From Mobula hypostoma (lineage: Eukaryota), in NCBI RefSeq assembly GCF_963921235.1, contig NC_086097.1:168890001-168954000 (forward strand): DNA of 64,000 bases. Reading direction: 5' to 3'. Within the stretch, counting starts at the first letter, position 1; each line of letters opens with the position of its first letter. Shown in pieces: positions 1 through 13,422 of the stretch. The notes beneath the pieces are model-generated. The model ran no database searches, was not told the origin of the DNA, and worked only from the letters and a program-made list of their open reading frames with translations. Position numbers and translations under genes: made by a program.

Positions 1-2225
1 ATTGGCATGTCCCTAGAGTGAGGGGTTTAGATGGGGTGGAGTTTGTTAGGTGTGTTCAAGAAAGTTTCTTGACACAATATGTAGATAAGCCTACAAGAGG
101 AGAGGCTGTACTTGATCTGGTATTGCGAAATGAACCTGGTCAGGTGTTCTCAGGGAAATGTACGGAAGAAATGTGGCAGATGCTCAGGGGATATTTGCGT
201 GGAGTTCTGCATAGGTACGTTCCAATGAGATGGGAAAGGATTGTAGTGTATAGGAACTGGGGTGTACAAAGGCTGTTTTAAATCTAGTCAAAAAGAAAAG
301 AAGAGCTTATGGAAGGTTCGAAAAACTGGGTAATGATAGAGATCTAGAAGATTATAAGGCTAGCAGGAAGGAGCTTAAGAAGGAAATTAGGAGAGCCAGA
401 AGGGGCCATGAGAAGGCCTTGGCAGACAGGATTAAGGAAAACCTCAAGGCATTCTACAAGTATGTGAAGGGCAAGAGGATAAGACGTGAGAGAATAGGAC
501 CAGACAGTGGAAAAGTGTGTATGGAACTGGAGGAGATAGCAGAGGTACTTAATGAGTACTTTGCTTCAGTATTCACTATGGAAAAGGATCTTGGCGATTG
601 TAGGGATGACTTACAGGGAACTGAAAAGCTTGAGCATGTAGATATTAAGAAAGAGGACGTGCTGGAGCTTTTGGAAAGCATCAAGTTGGATAAGATGATG
701 AGATGTACCCCAGGCTACTGTGGGAGGCAAGGGAGGAGATTGCTGAGCCTCTGGTGATGATCTTTGCATCATCAATGGGGATGGGAGACATTCTGGAGGA
801 TTGGAGGGTTGTAGATGTTGTTCCATTATTCAAGAAAGGGAGTAGAAATAGCCCAGGAAAGTATAGACCAGTGATTCTTACTGCAGTGATTGGTAAGTTG
901 ATGGAGTAGATCCTGAGAGGCAGGATTTATGAACATTTGGAGAGGCATAATATGATTAGGAATAGTCAGCATGGCTTTGTGAAAGGCAGGTCGTGCCTTA
1001 CGAGCCTGATAGAATTTTTTGAGGATGTGACTAAATATATTGATGAAGGTAGAGCAGTAGATGTAGTGTATATGGATTTCAGCAAGGCATTTGACAAGGT
1101 ACCCCATGCAAGGCTTATCGAGTAAGTAAGGAGGCATGGGATCCAAGGGAACATTGCTTTGTGGATCCAGAACTGGCTTGCCCACAGAAGGCAAAGAGTG
1201 GTTGTAGACGGGTCATATTCTGCATGGAGGTCGGTCAGCAGTGGTGTGCCTCAGGGATCTGTTCTGGGACCGGTACTCTTCGTGATTTTTATAAATGACC
1301 TGGATGAGGAAGTGGACGGATGGGTTAGTAAGTTTGCTGATGACACAAAGATTGGGGGTGTTGTGGATAGTGTGGAGGGCTGTCAGAGGTTACAGCGGGA
1401 CATTGATAGAATGCAAAACTGGGCTGAGAAGTGGCAGATGGAGTTTAACCCAGATAATTGTGAAGTGGTTCATTTTGGTATGTCAAATATGATAACAGAA
1501 TATAGTATTAATGGTAAGACTCTTGGCCGTGTGGAAGATCAGAGGGATTTTGGGGGTCCCAGTCCGTAGGACACTCAAAGCTGCTGTGCGGGCTGACTCT
1601 GTGGTTAAGAAAGCATATGGTGCATTGGCCTTCATCAATCATGGGACTGAGTTTAAGAGCTGAGAGTTAATGTTGCAGCTATATAGGACCCTGGTCAGAC
1701 CTCACTTGGAGTACTGTGCTCAGTTCTGGTCACCTCACTACAGGAAGGATGTGGAAACTATAGAAAGGATGCAGAGATTTACAAGGATGTTGCCTGGATT
1801 GGGGAGCATGCCTTATGAGAATAGGTTGAGTGAACTCGGCCTTTTTTCCCTGGAGCGATGGAGGATGAGAGGTGACCTGATAGAGGTGTACAAGATGATG
1901 AGAGGCATTGATCGTGTGGATAGTTAAGAGACTTTTTCCCAGGGCTGTAATGGCTAACATGTGAGGGCAGAGTTTTGAGGTGCTTGGAAGTAGGTACAGA
2001 GGAGATGTCAGGGGTATGTATTTTATGCAGAGAGTGGTGAGTGCGTGGAAAGGGCTGCCAGCAATGGTGGTGGAGGTGGATGCAATAGGGTCTTTTAAGA
2101 GACTCCTGGACAGGTACGTGGAGCTCAGAAAAATCGAGGGCTGTGGATACCCCTAGATAATTTCTAAGGTAAGTACATGTTCGGCACAGCTTTGTGGGCC
2201 AAAGGGCCTGTTTTGTTCTGTAGGT
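1..2225 (+). mobile_element. CR1 LINE, decayed ORF2 (end of endonuclease, RT) and 3' tail; runs off the window start
   Basis: Broken ORFs contain QHGFVKGRSCLTSL, VDVVYMDFSKAFDKVPH, SGVPQGSVLGP, KFADDTK and [15 protein letters not shown]; ends in a ttctatgt-like tail. Confidence 0.92.
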
Positions 2226-2274
2226 TTTCTGTGCTTTCTATGTCTATGATACTTAAAATTAGGACTCACTTAAT

Positions 2275-3562
2275 TGCTTTAAGCAGCTGGTTATGAATCG
2301 CATTAAATCCCATCTTCCTGCTATGTTGGACCTTTTCCAGTTCACTTATCACTCAAATTAGTCCACTGATGATGCCATAGTTTCTGCACTCCACTCTGTC
2401 CTATTCCACCTGAAAAATGGTGTCTCATATGTAAGGATGCTGTTTATCGACTTCATTTCAGCTTTTTATATAATCATCCCTTTAGAAGTTGGTAGGTAAA
2501 CTCCTTGTTGGGTCTCAACACCCCTCTCTGTGACTACTTGACAGAAAGGCCACAGTCAGTCAGTGTTGGCAGAAACAGCCCCCCAGGCTGTGTGCTTAGG
2601 CCACTGTTGTTCACACTGCTGACACATGACTGCGCTGCCAGATCCAGGTCAAACTGAATCATCAAGTTCACTGATGACACAACAGTAGTTGGCCTCATCA
2701 ACGACAATGAGACAGTGTACGAAGAGGAGATAGAGCGGCTGCTAGAGTAGTGTGAGCACAAAAACTTGAGTCTCAACATGGATGAGACCAAAGAGCTGAC
2801 TGGATTTTTGGACAGTGCAGACTGACCACTCCTCCCTGCACATATACGGCTCAAACGTGGAGAGAGGTAGGAGCACCAAGTTTCTGGGAGTGCACATACC
2901 AGGCAGTCTCACTTGGTCCCCCAATACCACCACTTAGGTCAAGAAAGCACAACATTTCCACATTTCCTGAGGAGACTGAGGCACCCCCACCTCTAATCAC
3001 CATTCTAACCGATTTTTACAGGAGTACCATCAACCTTTGAGAGGGTCCTGACCAGCTTCATCATCGTCTGGTATGGGAATTGTAAGGCGTCTGAGCACTT
3101 GTCACTACGAAGTCTTGTAAGGACTGCTGAGAGGATCACAGGGGTCTCTATTCCATCCATCATAGATGTTTATCAGGAATGCTGCATACGCAGGACCCTT
3201 AATATTGTCAGTGATCCCTCCCATCAGTTTAACAATCTCTGACCTCCTACCGTCAGGCAGGAAGTACCTTAGCATTAGGATAAGAACTGTTAGGATGCAA
3301 AACAGCTTCTTCCCCAAGGCTGTAAGACTACTGAACTCTTTGCCACTACCCAGGTCTCACCACACATGAAGCACCAGTAGTGTTATGCTGTTACGTTTTA
3401 AACTTGTCATAAATGCACCTTATTTTTAATTTACTAATAGTAATACTACTTTGTGTGTCGTGTGTTAATTATCTGTACTGTGTTGAGTACTTTGGTCCAG
3501 ACCAGAGGAATGTTGTTTTGTTTGGCAGTATATGTTTGAATAACAGTAAACTTGAACTTGAA
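2275..3562 (+). mobile_element. Rex1/Babar-type LINE, 5'-truncated and decayed
   Basis: Remnants of LDPFQF...STDDAI...VRMLFIDF and KF(A/T)DDTTVVGLI; 3' tail aacttgaacttgaa. Confidence 0.75.
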
Positions 3563-6500
3563 GCAACTTATTTTACAACTTCAACATAACATTTCAATTA
3601 CTACTCAATAATTTATGAAAGCTGGAGTGCCTAATCATTGCTTTTTTCTCATTGTCTCTATGTAGCTGTTGATGAATTCAACTTCTATGTCCTTTTTTGC
3701 TTCTCCCTCAACCCTTGAATTCATTGGTCAGTCTGTTCACTAAGGTATTTCATTCCTTTGTCCTTCTTTATGTAACTTGTTCTCAAAATTCAATCCTTTC
3801 AAATCCTGCACCATTCTGTACCTTATCCAACATATCTTTCTATTACGGAGTCAAATTTCCATCAGTGGAGCCATCTTATTCAAGTTCCAGCTAAACCCCT
3901 ATTGTTGAGTTTGTCCTTTGGCTCTTTACTCAGGAAAGACTCTGCTTTTTGTATTTTTGTCTTAATTTATGCTTTCTAACATACTGCATAGACAGAAATA
4001 CTTCCACATTAGTTTTCAAGGTTGCATCTCATTAATCTGATTGTTATTTATTTTAGGAAGCTGTTGAGGTAAATGTATTATTAAACAATGTGTATCCAAA
4101 TCAATAAAAGTTGGGGAAATTACTTTATGCTGGAGTATTTAGTTTCTCTACTTGTTTAATTGTTGGCAAACCTGTCATTATTTTTCTTTTAGTCACTGAA
4201 TTTCATTGAATGAGTTGCCCTTGGTTACAGCCTAGATCATTTTGTTTTCTTTTTTGAGTGGTGTTAATTTAGAATGAAGCATGAGGTCTTCTAGTCTTTG
4301 AAAATGCCTCCTTGCACTTGTCAACTCTCCCAAGAGTTACCCTGCCAGTTGCTGGGCCATGTATTTGTTCTGGTAATGTTTGAGTATTTAATGCTGCCTT
4401 TCAGTTCCAAAATCTAAGGACACAGCTCAGAATCATACCTTCCACAGGATGAGAATTGGGGAAAATCTGCCTCAACAGACTATCAAATCTTGGAATTAGT
4501 GGCCTCTGATAGATTGTCAGTTGACATATTGGCTGAACATTTTAGGATTCAAGTTGGATGATGATCTATTGTTCTTCTGAATATTGACAAATGCTGTGTA
4601 TGAATGGGTTAAACTGTTTAATTAAGAACAATGCTTCTCCCTTTCAGAGTGATCGGCAATCCATGACTCAGCCACAGTGGAAGTTTCCAAGTTCTTGGCA
4701 ATTACTGTTTGGCAGTGGCATCCCACCCGCTCTCTTCTGATCTCACAGATTAAAAAAGTTGAATGTGGATTGTCCTTTAAAATGGTGTGGAGTTTTCAGG
4801 ACAAAAGACTAAATTATTTATTGAGTACTTCTCAGCAGAAGTCTGCTGCTATATTTAGAAGCTTACATGAACAGATAAAGTAAAGGGATGATATTCACTA
4901 AATGCTCAGTTACTTGCAAATGTGTAACAAGAGGAGTTTTCAGAAGTACTTACCATTGTTGCTGTGTACTTTTGTATTAATTTGTTCTGTTGCCTTGGTC
5001 TGTGATTTTAAAAATAAAATATTTTTGATGCCAAAGAGCCCATGATATTATTGATATTTTTCCCTAATTTTGATTGAGTTGGAAAATGTCAGTACTAAAA
5101 GTCAGACTTAAAAGAATGCTTAATACAAGTAGTGAAAAAATTTGAGTAGGATCCTGAGTGAGAACGCTTGATAAAGGCATCGCTGCAGTTGACTTTGAGA
5201 TGGCGGATTTCCATTTTGTTTTAATTGCATGATCACTATACTGATCTTAGGTAATCAATATCTATGTTCTTTAGGTACCTTATTGATATTAGGATCATGG
5301 CAGTTTTGTGACTACCACCTTTTAGCTGCAGTACCAAAGGAGAAATAAATAGCATAACCTCAGCATTTAGATTTGCATTCATGTTGTAGAATAATATCCA
5401 TATAGTGAAGGCATAAAATGCTGGATTAAATAGTTTAGCAACCCACTACTTTTTGAGGTGTTGGGGGAGAAGCAGGAACACCATAAGTAAACTCTACGAC
5501 AATTGAAAATTTTACTTTAGTACCGTTTATATTCCATACTAATTTTATGAGGTAAATGTTTTTTTCGGAGGTTGAAATCACAATAGAACCTTTATTTCAG
5601 TTGCATCATGCTACACTTGCCTTGGGGAAGGTGCAGAACTTTCATTTACCTCTCACTATTTATGCACTATTTGAAGAATCAAATGGTGCAGGGCCACAAA
5701 TTTACAGAATGGAAATTGGGATTGGGCAGAATAAATAACCTCTGTCATACATTTCCTTAAGATTAATGTAGAGAAAAGCATTTACTATTCCAACAGACTA
5801 AATCAAACTATTTTAAAAATCAGCAATGCAATTGAGATACTAGAATGGCTTTTCCTGTATTTAACATAATTAAAAGGTCTGAGTTCTTCACAGGCTTATT
5901 ATCAAAACAAAAGAACACAATGAGATGGGATCATTTGTGTAAATTAACATTCTTCAGTTTCATTTTAAACAACACACATAAAATGAAAGGGAAGCAGGAT
6001 TTTTTTTTAATTGCTGCAGTCTATCCACTATCATTTTTGACTACAACAGCTCATAAGCAACATCTTCTGTAAAGTATTATGATACTGGATCTGGGGTCTA
6101 TAAACTATGACAACAACATTGTTCACTTAAAAATAGGCAAATACACAAGTTTCAATCTTTTCTGTAGATAGTATTTACTGATTTCCATAATACAACCATT
6201 TGGTTAAAAAAAATTCCATACACAAATGTTGCCAATTTACTTTGTAGATGTCTAAGTAACAGCGTTGTTAACCTTTCTACCAGCATTCTTCTTGTGATAA
6301 AACTGTAAACGTGAGGAACATTCAGCTATTTCACATATTGCTGTACACACATCATTGGTTTCGTTCAGTAATTAAGAAAACAGTATATGATGGCTTGAAA
6401 GTTGCAGTAAAAAGTCCAGTAGCTGAGGCACCCAAGCTGGAATAAAGCCTGCCATCGTCCTAGAAGCTAGAAGGCTGGCAGCTGTATTTGAATATTTTAA

Positions 6501-6891
6501 TCTAAGCAGCACTGCTGTGTTTATAAAAAAGGGTATTCTAAATAAAAACTGAACTTGCATATCGTCACAAAGAACCATTAGGATACATTTTTTAAAAATG
6601 CTAACATTGCTTAACATGTTGTGCTTAGATAAGTTAATTGTACTTAGCATTCTTTTGTACAGGGATGCTAGTATCAATTGTTAAATTGTTCAAATGCAGT
6701 TATATTTCCTACATTTGAGGTGATTTTTATTTAAACCTTTATATTGTTTTTAGTTCCACTGTCCTTTACATCAAACATAAATAATAAGCAAATACTGAGG
6801 TCATACATGGTCACTCCTTTAGATAGGCCAGTGCTGTTTTATCCTCTTCCAAACCCAACCAGGGAGCTGGAGAAATAAATGTTATTCTACT

Positions 6892-8048
6892 AACACACAT
6901 TAAAGTTGCTGGTGAACGCAGCAGGCCAGGCAGCATCTCTAGGAAGAGGTACAGTCAACATTTCGGGCCAAGGCCCTTCATCAAGACTAACTGAAAGAAG
7001 AGCTAGTAAGAGATTTGAAAGTGGGAGGGGGAAGGAGAGATCCAAAATGATAGGAGAAGACAGGAGGGGGAGGGATGGAGCCAAGAGCTGGACAGGTGAT
7101 AGGCAAAAGGGATATGAGAGGATCATGGGACAGGAGGCCCAGGGAGAAAGAAAATGGGGAGGGGGGGGACCCAGAGGATGGGCAAGGGGTATAGTGAGAG
7201 GGACAGAGGGAGAAAAAGGAGAGAGAGAAAGAGAATGTGTGTATATAAATAAGTAACGGATGGGGTACGAGGGGGTGGTGGCATTAGCGGATGTTTGGGA
7301 AGTCAATGTTCGCGCCATCAGGTTGGAGGCTACCCAGATGGAATATAAGGTGTTGTTCCTCCAACCTGAGTGTGGCTTCATCTTTACAGCAGAGGAGGCC
7401 ATGGATAAACATATCAGAATGGGACGTTCTGTCCGCCAGAGGAAGCAGGATCTCCCAGTGGCCACACATTGTAATTCCACGTCCCATTCCCATTCTGATA
7501 TGTCTATCTACGGCCTCCTCTACTGTAAAGATGAAGCCACACTCAGGTTGGAGGAACAACATCTTATAATCCGTCTGGGTAGCCTCCAACCTGATGGCAT
7601 GAACATTGACTTCTCTAACTTCTGCTAATGTCCCTCATACCCCATCCGCTTATTTATATACACACATTCTTTCTCTTTCTCTCTCTCCTTTTTCTCCCTC
7701 TGTCCCTCTCACTATACCAGTTGCCCATCCTCTGGGTTTTCACCCCCTCCCCATTTTCTTTCTCCCTGGGCCTCCTGTCCCATGATCCTCTCATATCCCT
7801 TTGCCAATCACCTGTCCAGCTCTTGGCTCCATCCCTCCCCCTCCTGTCTTCTATCATTTTGGATCTCCCCCTCCCCCTTACACTTTCAAATCTCTTACTA
7901 GCTCTTCTTTCAGTTAGTCCTGACGAAGGGTCTCAGCCCGAGACATCGACTGTACCTCTTCCTGGAGATGCTGCCTGGCCTGCTGCATTCACCAGCAACT
8001 TGGATGTGTGTTACTTGAATTTCCAGCATCTGCAGAATTCCTCATGTT
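6892..8048. mobile_element. Penelope-like element in inverted (fold-back) configuration with GIY-YIG C-terminal remnant
   Basis: Arms about 6892-7423 and 7488-8012 are imperfect reverse complements. Encodes DLPVATH..STSHSHSDM...LEEQHLI.RLGSLQPDGMNIDFSNF. 14-bp TSD aatgttattctact at 6878-6891 and 8049-8062. Confidence 0.88.
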
Positions 8049-10248
8049 AATGTTATTCTACTCTTGCTTTCATCTGATCATTGCAATCTTGTAACTCAAA
8101 ATACGACCAACTAGAAATAAGTTAATTCCATAACGTTTAAAAATTTCTGGTTATGATCACTTTGGTACATTTGACAGGCTTTGAAACTGCTATGCAATTA
8201 TGAACTATTTGCTCTCTGATCTAAATACCAGCCCAGGTTTTGCCCTGTATCAACTTTGAAAACACCCAACATTCAGACCCAATTTTTTCATCCTGAGCTC
8301 TTCCTGCAGATGCCAACTACACTTCTCAGAACATACATTGACAATTTATGAAGGAAAAGTGAAGGACGCCATTAGAAATACTGAAGAACCATCAAATTTT
8401 TTGACTATTACCTTTCCTAAATTTTCTCTGCATTTAAAAGTGTTCAGCATTTTAAATGTTCCATTCAGTAATTAAAAGAACAAAAGAAATATACATCATT
8501 CTTTAAATCAATTCTGGTTCACTGGATGTGAATCAAATAAAAGACAAAACAAATGGTGAATATTCTATTGCATTTTAATGCTGACTTAATAAATCTTCAC
8601 TGAAAGATTACACTTACAATTGAGAATTTCCAAACCAACCATCTAGCTATCCCCCAATTAAGGGGACTATCATCAAGCTCAATATCTTTAGCTTTTTACA
8701 TTAACATTACAGGAGAATAATTTTTAAGAAAATAAACTAAGTAGATATTTTCATGTAATATTTTGCAAACTTTTGTTTACGAAAAGAGCAAAGCACGTGT
8801 AGGCATTCATAAATTTTATGCCATTGTTAAAATTTGTCATTTATACATTATCATACATTATAAACAATGTATTTTTCTACCCATTGGGTAGGATATGTGC
8901 ATAATATATTTAAGTTATATACAGCACCTTACAAATAAACATAAGAGACACAACAATAGAAGCACCATATTGTGAGGCACAACCAAGGTGGGAGTTCAGA
9001 GTGCGAGGGGATTCCTATATCAGCTCAAACCTGAAAATGAGGCACCTTATCTGCTCACATGCAAACCTCCTCAGAATATACATAGACCAGTTTCTACCAC
9101 AGCTAACAGAATAAGCAAAGATAGAAAACATGTCTTAGGATGTACCATATAATGATAAATAATATACAAATAATTAAAGGCGATTGCAGCAATAGAAGTA
9201 GCAACATCACAGGACAAGTTAAATGTCAATCACTGAAAATAATACAGCTTTCTTTACCAACAAAATTGCTCAAGAACCAAAGAAACACAGCAACTAAAAT
9301 TCTTTCATTCAAGAGTTAGACAGGATACTGCAAGGCATGAAAAAGGTCAAATATGAAATATCTTTTAAATAGCAAAAGTGCAATATTGCCTCGTGTTGTG
9401 AAAATGCAGCTGCAATAGCAAAGATAGCATTAAGTATTAAGGTTTCTCTTCTTGCAGGTTTAAGAAATTAAGCCTTGTCTGAGATTAGTTCCGACTTCAT
9501 GCCATTCTTTGTTTGAGGTTTTATGCAATGGGAGGAGGCTAAATTTGTAGGCAAGATTCTAAAAGGATCCTTCATAGCCCTTCAGAAAAAGTGTCTAAAT
9601 CCATGAAGATACTCTGAAAATACATTAATAGTTATACCTGTTATGTTATAAACATTACAAAGACACAAAAAAGCAAATCTAGGAAACTGTAAAAGGTGGT
9701 GGAATGACTTGTTGAATTTTAACCTCTATACAAATCTGCAGTTATCTAGATCAGTTATAGTAAATACCACTTTAATAATGCTTTACTTAATGGAAAAACT
9801 GCCTTAATATGTTGATTATACCTATATATACATAAAGCTTTTCCTTTGTGTACAAAAGGCAGAGTATTAGATATTTGGTGACATACGAAATGTACATTTT
9901 AGCCCAGTATGTTGTTCACAGCATAGTGATCATCATTCATTTGGACACACCTGCCCTCGCAAATGGTTCTTTTTAAGCACAACCATGCATTATGTGTGGG
10001 AAGGCTCTGAATCTTTGCTTGCCATATTATAGCTTCTGCATGGAGCAAGAGGAGGAGGGCATGTGACAAGATAGGAAAGTAATCATTTGGCATGTGGCAC
10101 AAGCAAAGCACTTTATAGTGCTAAACTGTAATAATTCATTAACAACACACTGATGCCATAATAGGGCCTTTGCTAAATTATTGGAAAGAAAACCCACCAT
10201 AATCTGCAAGAGTTGTAAGTTATAATAATGGAGTAACCATCTCACTTT

Positions 10249-10418
10249 TACTACACACACAAAATGCTGGAGAAATTCAACAAGCCAGGCAGCCTCCTGA
10301 TGAAAGGGCTCAGTCAAGGTTTATTCCCCTCCATAGATTCTGCCTGACCTGCTGAGTTTTTCCAGCATTTTGTATTGCTCGAGATTTCCAACAACTGCAG
10401 AATCTCTTCTGTTTATAG
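10249..10418. mobile_element. Short non-autonomous Penelope-derived fold-back element
   Basis: acacacaaaatgctgga...ccagcattttgt termini with a residual CTGATGA; TSD ctcacttt at 10241-10248 and 10419-10426. Confidence 0.7.
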
Positions 10419-12262
10419 CTCACTTTAATTTGTTTTGAACAATCATTTTATACTATTTCCATTTTTATAACCAACTATGAAGTGCATGTAAAGTCATCTG
10501 TAAGATACGAACTAATGAAGGTTAATATCTTCCTATTTCCATTCTCATCCATCAGGTAGTAATATGTAACCAAGAGTAGTGAAAATGTAAGCATTGCTTT
10601 TTGAATACATATTGCTTCCTGCTAAATATCATGTATCTCAGCATTCAGTCACTTTTAAAAGCTATTTTCTGAAAGCAGGACCATCTCTCAGATATTTTTG
10701 TTTTCCACGGACTGTAAAAGTACATAAGTAAAGTAGTGGGAAGAATAGCAGAATTTAATGACCTGCAGCTGTTCTGTGTTTTTAACTAAAACTTCTTTAA
10801 AGATTAAGGAAAATTGACTGTGAAAGTCGATAATATTTCAAGTATTTACAGGTAATTTCAAAAGTATTTTTGAAAATCAGTTAACAGTTTAGAATGGGTG
10901 CTGCACTCTTAAGCCACCTTTGGAAACTCCCAGAGTGGCTTTCAGTCTGCTCTTGGTAATATTTCATCTGATGCTAATTCATGCATATAAAATGATGATC
11001 ACATTGAAAATTTTATGTTCCGAATTCACTGGGAACAACATTGCTTTAGTGCTTTGCACATGTTCAACCTTAGTTTTTGATCAAAATAAGCTGTAAATAT
11101 CTGGAAAAATTCCCAAAACAATAGGCAGTACACAGCTTAAACGTGGTTGATACTTTTTGGAAATATTAATTTACATCTTCAGTAAAAAATAGCAGTAGAT
11201 CCATGTCTAAATTTAACATAGGTCTTAGTCACTGCATATCTAGACTGATCTAGAAATAATCTAAATACTAAGTTCCACCTATAGAACTTAAATCTGTTTT
11301 AATTTTTTCTCTGCAGAAATGGAACTGAATTGTTCCATCACATTTGCAAATATTAAGAATTTTTAAGTAATGTAAAGTTTATTTTGCAAACTTACATATT
11401 CTACACAATGTCTTTTAACTAATTCCAATGTATTGGGAGAGAAGAATAAGCAAGTGCAAATATGCAAATATCTTTGAGCAGTTGCAAATATCGATCACTG
11501 TTCATTCTAAGCTGCTGAAAACTTGGAACAACTGAGCATTAACCTTAAACCAGGTAGGTTTCATGATGAAAAATTTCATCATATTGGTATTACTTATATT
11601 TATTGCGATGACAGTTAGCATTTTGTGTCCCTGCATTTGCCATTTCCTGTGTTAGGTTGTCACCAGAAATCACTTCGGAAATGACTCCATCCTCTGAAAA
11701 TGCTATTCCCCTGTGTCCTTGGTAATTCTGTTCTGATCCACAGGTGTGAAGACAAAAGTGAGATTAAAGCTTGCCATAAAGCAATTTCATTCCCCCTCCC
11801 ACCCTCCCCAAACAAGAAAATAGTGCAATATTTCAATCTTTCACAAACAAGTTAAATCATTGTGTTTTGTTCTTCCACCTTTGTCATCAATCAAAAAGAA
11901 TTTAAGATTTTTTGTTTGATAATATCACAAAACTGGTCAAAAACTTCTTAATATAAATGCTTTAAGCATCCAGTTTGGGCAATTCAGTTACTAAAAATCA
12001 ACCTACAAGGCAATAGAAGAAATTGGTTATTAGGTATCTTTAAAATTAAATAATCCAGATAAAAAACAGTTTGCCAAACACTGCAATTTTGTCAAAGTGG
12101 AAGGTAAATTGTTAGGGTTAACATATCATGCACTCCCTTAAAGAAAACAACAGAATTTTGTGTTTGGTTTTACCAACCAATTCCCACAAAGGAACACCTA
12201 TGTCACTGAAGTCCAGACACACAATGCTCCACCCGTTTCAGTTAAAGCACTCACAGAGCTGG

Positions 12263-12799
12263 TCAAACCATTTTTCCCATATGTGAATCTTTTCCTTGAA
12301 ATGAGACGATTGTGTTGTCTTCATTGTTTTGCTGAAATTGGAGTCCATTGTCACCCTGTGGAGATGGTATATTGTGCTGGTGATGGAAGAATGCTGATCC
12401 TGGGTAGTGACCCATAACCTCACTGTAAGTGGGTGGTGGTCCTTCCATCCTCCTGTTGCTGCTGTAATTAGTTGCACTTATGCCAGAATTGCTGCTTGGC
12501 GGGCGTGGTCCTCCATTATACACAGAGATGTCAATCAAATCACTATCAAAGATAGTTCTATTAGGCGGTGCCCTGACAGACTCACGATTGAGTTCCATTT
12601 GCTGTTCTGGATCTCGAAGTTGCAGTGTGCACAGTCCCTGATATGGAGGAGGCTCCTCTCCATCTGATAGTGAAATAGTGGGAGGAAGATCAATTTCATG
12701 TTGCACATAAGGATACGTAGGTTGGAAGCGGCTAAAGCGCTCTCTCGGTATGAAAGATGGGGCTGAAAATCTGTCTCTTGATCTTGGAGAATACATCAA
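12263..12799 (-). CDS. LDLRAD4: LDLRAD4 last coding exon (178 aa + TGA) with PPPY and PPTY (PY) motifs and the PPNR Smad-interaction motif
   Basis: ORF 12263-12820 contains [35 protein letters not shown]...[15 protein letters not shown]...[14 protein letters not shown]. The C-terminus LQFQQNN...GKD....V is LDLRAD4-like rather than PMEPA1-like. Acceptor ctttcAG at 12801-12800. Confidence 0.95.
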   Translation of the reverse strand: MMYSPRSRDRFSAPSFIPRERFSRFQPTYPYVQHEIDLPPTISLSDGEEPPPYQGLCTLQLRDPEQQMELNRESVRAPPNRTIFDSDLIDISVYNGGPRPPSSNSGISATNYSSNRRMEGPPPTYSEVMGHYPGSAFFHHQHNIPSPQGDNGLQFQQNNEDNTIVSFQGKDSHMGKMV

Positions 12800-13324
12800 C
12801 TGAAAGCAAGAAAAAAACATTTCAACACTGGATTTGGACTGAAGAAATGAGAACTTTTACATCTTTTTACAGCTTTGAAAATGCAATTGTTTAATGCACC
12901 TTTCAGCTTTACACAAAATAACATTAACCATATGTCCATTATGTTGAGCAATAGTACCATTATAAAAATAGTCAATTTAAAAAGAGAAAGTAGTAATCAG
13001 CTAATATCAAATCTATTGACTTGCGAGCTGCAGCCACCAACCACCAATATTATTTGGACTTTGCAATTACACATGGCACAAACTAGCTTTGGATTTGTAT
13101 CTGTTGTGGTAGATAGATATCACAACAGACTGATCCCAAAGGAAATTACAGTGTTGCAGTAACATTACAAGTGCACAGATGTACAAATATTAGAAGAGAA
13201 AAAAAGAATAAAAGAAGGTTACCTTAAAAATAAACACAAAATATTCCGCAGATGCTGGGGTCAAAGCAACACTCACAACACGCTGGAGGAACTCGGCAGG
13301 TCGGGCAGCATCCGTGGAAACAAT

Positions 13325-13362
13325 CAGTCAACGTTTCAGGCCGGAACCCTTCATCAGGACTG
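13325..13362 (-). ncRNA. Minimal type I hammerhead ribozyme motif (Penelope pLTR type), intact core
   Basis: Minus strand reads cagtc-CTGATGA-agg gttccgg cct-GAAA-C-GTT-gactg: stem I cagtc/gactg, both core boxes, palindromic ACGT stem III and a GUU cleavage triplet. Confidence 0.7.
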
Positions 13363-13384
13363 AAGAGGGAAGGGGCATCCTCTT

Positions 13385-13422
13385 CAGTCCTGACGAAGGG
13401 TTCCGGCCCGAAATGTTGACTG
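13385..13422 (+). ncRNA. Minimal hammerhead motif, second copy with stem III CpG decayed
   Basis: cagtc-CTGACGA-agggttccggccc-GAAA-TGTT-gactg. Confidence 0.6.

Larger units (their letters stand above)
5570..12262 (-). other. LDLRAD4: Putative long LDLRAD4 3'UTR
   Basis: Follows the stop codon; TE-poor and U-rich on the minus strand. Candidate AATAAA (plus-strand tttatt) at 5591-5596. Mammalian LDLRAD4 has a multi-kb 3'UTR. The end point is inferred. Confidence 0.4.

Noticed and set aside
4677..4883. ORF containing IKKVE as the FAM210A C-terminal exon
   Set aside because: The similarity is limited to a few residues, it is not followed by a stop, and the E/K-rich coiled-coil is absent.
12263..12820. 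Calling the gene PMEPA1
   Set aside because: PRSRDRF.APSFI, SDLIDI..Y.GG, EVMGH and the LQFQQNN...GKD C-terminus fit LDLRAD4 better. The ORF start at 12820 is intronic.
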